Shown piece by piece: positions 25,721-27,437 of a DNA stretch of 27,437 nt (positions within the stretch are counted from its first letter, which is position 1; each line of letters starts with the position of its first letter). Source of the stretch: a virus. Taxonomy: Duplodnaviria > Heunggongvirae > Uroviricota > Caudoviricetes. The stretch spans positions 1 through 27,437 of IMG/VR virus record IMGVR_UViG_2548876964_000024. One strand, 5' to 3'. The position numbers and the translations under genes were made by a program. The notes beneath the pieces were generated by a model. That model saw only the letters and a list, made by a program, of their open reading frames with translations. It ran no database searches and had not been told where the DNA came from.

Positions 25721-26332
25721 ATGGGGCTTAATGTTGCTTCAGTAAAGTCTTATGTATCTTCGGCATTAACGACGACATTATTTGGCTCCGGCGTTGGTGA
25801 GCGGGAAGTTGGTAAGCTGACGTCAATCATCATGAACAAAATGCTGTTCGCGCAAGGATGGCAGTTCTCTGTCGAAGTTGATGGTCTGGAGGGGGCAGAC
25901 TTCTTTGCTAAAGACATTACCTACCACGATTACAGCATCGAATATGAAACGATTAAAATCGGCGGAGGGAATATCCTTCAGCCAACGGAGCGTTCGCCTG
26001 GGCAGATAACAATGATGGTCAGGGACACTGTTGATGGCCTCGTTTTGGACTGGTTTAAGACGGCAAAAAGTCGGGTGATCAATCCTGACGGTACCGGGAA
26101 CATACCATCTAAATATTTGCTCAATGTGCGTATTTATCGGTTGCTGTCTTCCGGCTTAACCAAACTGGAAAATGAGATGACGGTATTCCCGGTCACTACC
26201 GGCGATGTCACCTATGCGCGGGATCAGGTTACGGAATTTAAGTCATTCCCAATGACCTTCGCATTGCACAGCACGTTTAACCAATCCTCAAGTTCTTTGG
26301 CTTCCCTTCTGGGCTTTAGTTTTTCTCTTTGA
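25721..26332 (+). CDS. Hypothetical virion protein, possibly tail tube (Tub-like), 203 aa
   Basis: Synteny-only guess (P1 sim - pmgC - tub - pmgB - sit order, recollection) and size of about 22 kDa. Confidence 0.3.
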   Translation: MGLNVASVKSYVSSALTTTLFGSGVGEREVGKLTSIIMNKMLFAQGWQFSVEVDGLEGADFFAKDITYHDYSIEYETIKIGGGNILQPTERSPGQITMMVRDTVDGLVLDWFKTAKSRVINPDGTGNIPSKYLLNVRIYRLLSSGLTKLENEMTVFPVTTGDVTYARDQVTEFKSFPMTFALHSTFNQSSSSLASLLGFSFSL

Positions 26333-26346
26333 ATTAAGGAGCAAGG

Positions 26347-27213
26347 ATGCTTTTACCCCTTTTCCCGCTACCATCGCGGCCAACTGAATTGATCCAGTTC
26401 CGTCAGCCAAATATTGCTGATGCGATGCGTTTCAACTCGATAACACCGGAGGAACAAGAACAACAGACAACGGCATATTTAAAAGCCTTGCTGGCTGAAC
26501 CCGTGAAACATGATCCCCTGACATGGACGGCGCAGGACCGGATTACCGCGTTATGGTGGATATTTACTGGCTCCCGTGAAACACCGGTCGAGACATTCAC
26601 CTACACCTGTAAACATTGCGGTAAAGAGCATTATTACGATTGTGATATGAATGCTCTGGCTGAAGATATCCAGGTCCTGGAAGTGGAACCTTTCATTGAC
26701 GATATTGAGGTGTCTGTAGAGGGAGTACCTTATCAATGGCGTATCGTGCCGCTTGATGGTTGGGCAATGGAAATGCTGGAGATGCGCCGTGCAGCATTGC
26801 CACCTGAAGACGACGCGGAATTCAAAGAAGCGATCGTTGATTTGCGTTTTTGGGAATTCGCTTATCAGTGTGAGCTTTATAACGATGTTAGTGGTACTCG
26901 TGAAGATCAGGCTGAGCGTCGTTATGAAACGATCAAACGGATGGCCATTGATACTGAATTTATGAAGCTGGCGGCACACATCCGGCTGGCTCATGAAAAG
27001 CTCGAACATGGTTTACCGTGCTACATCGATAAAGGCGAAATGCGTCTTCGTCTCCCGCCGCACAAATGCCCAAACCAGGATACAAAGGAGTCCACAGAGG
27101 GTGCGTACACCCGTCTGTGGGTGCCCTTTCGGGCTACCGACTTCATTCCACAGGTGGGGATTGAAAAGCTATCTGAACCGCCCCGGGTTTCCTGGAGAGT
27201 GTTTTATCTGTGA
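26347..27213 (+). CDS. Hypothetical phage protein with CxxC zinc-ribbon-like motif; 3' end replaced by IS sequence (native coding ends about 27173)
   Basis: ORF continues 12 codons into the IS terminal repeat (EPPRVSWRVFYL) before a stop; contains CKHCGKEH. Confidence 0.5.
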   Translation: MLLPLFPLPSRPTELIQFRQPNIADAMRFNSITPEEQEQQTTAYLKALLAEPVKHDPLTWTAQDRITALWWIFTGSRETPVETFTYTCKHCGKEHYYDCDMNALAEDIQVLEVEPFIDDIEVSVEGVPYQWRIVPLDGWAMEMLEMRRAALPPEDDAEFKEAIVDLRFWEFAYQCELYNDVSGTREDQAERRYETIKRMAIDTEFMKLAAHIRLAHEKLEHGLPCYIDKGEMRLRLPPHKCPNQDTKESTEGAYTRLWVPFRATDFIPQVGIEKLSEPPRVSWRVFYL

Positions 27214-27437
27214 ACTCAGGCTGCCAGATCATCGTTTCCGATGGAAGCATAATAAGCTTTTTCTGCTTCTGCCGGAGGAGTATGGCCCAGCCTTCCCAGC
27301 AATCGTCGATTGTTATACCAGTCCACCCACGTTAGTGTGGCCAGTTCCACTTCTGCACGGTTTTTCCAGCTCTTACGGTGTATTACCTCCGCTTTGTAAA
27401 GACCATTGATGCTCTCAGCCATCGCGTTGTCATACGA
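27174..27437 (-). mobile_element. IS3-family insertion sequence (IS629/IS1203-like terminal repeat), partial; continues beyond window end
   Basis: Terminal sequence TGAACCGCCCCGGGTTTCCTGGAGA at 27174 matches the IS629-group inverted repeat as recalled; adjacent transposase C-terminus on minus strand. Confidence 0.65.
27216..27437 (-). CDS. IS3-family transposase OrfB (DDE/rve integrase core), C-terminal fragment; N-terminus outside window
   Basis: C-terminal sequence SYDNAMAESINGLYKAEVIHRKSWKNRAEVELATLTWVDWYNNRRLLGRLGHTPPAEAEKAYYASIGNDDLAA typical of IS3-family OrfB. Confidence 0.75.
   Translation of the reverse strand, partial: SYDNAMAESINGLYKAEVIHRKSWKNRAEVELATLTWVDWYNNRRLLGRLGHTPPAEAEKAYYASIGNDDLAA

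Overview
This window reads as a contiguous stretch of a P1-like (punavirus-type) phage-plasmid, with gene order matching my recollection of P1 in reverse orientation. Left to right: three phage-encoded tRNAs (Thr, Tyr, Asn; minus strand); a C1-operator-controlled minus-strand operon (small ORF, RdgC-like HrdC, bifunctional C5-cytosine + Dam-type methyltransferase Dmt); a PAAR-like small ORF and an overlapped spanin pair; the plasmid replicon (DnaA box, GATC heptamers, iterons, repA, iterons) and partition cassette (parA, parB, parS); a late structural block (capsid and tail/baseplate genes); the lytic replicon and immunity region immI (repL, kilA, Op53-like operator, ant, icd, candidate c4 RNA region); an AT-rich three-gene cargo module; more virion genes; and an IS3-family element that truncates the last structural gene and runs off the window. 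The most notable observation is a canonical 341-aa intein with a LAGLIDADG homing endonuclease inserted exactly at the catalytic Pro-Cys motif of the Dmt C5-methyltransferase domain. The second is the insulated, low-GC cargo module of membrane and periplasmic proteins next to immI, where P1 carries its sim superinfection-exclusion genes. All calls rest on motif reading and remembered family knowledge; no database search was possible.
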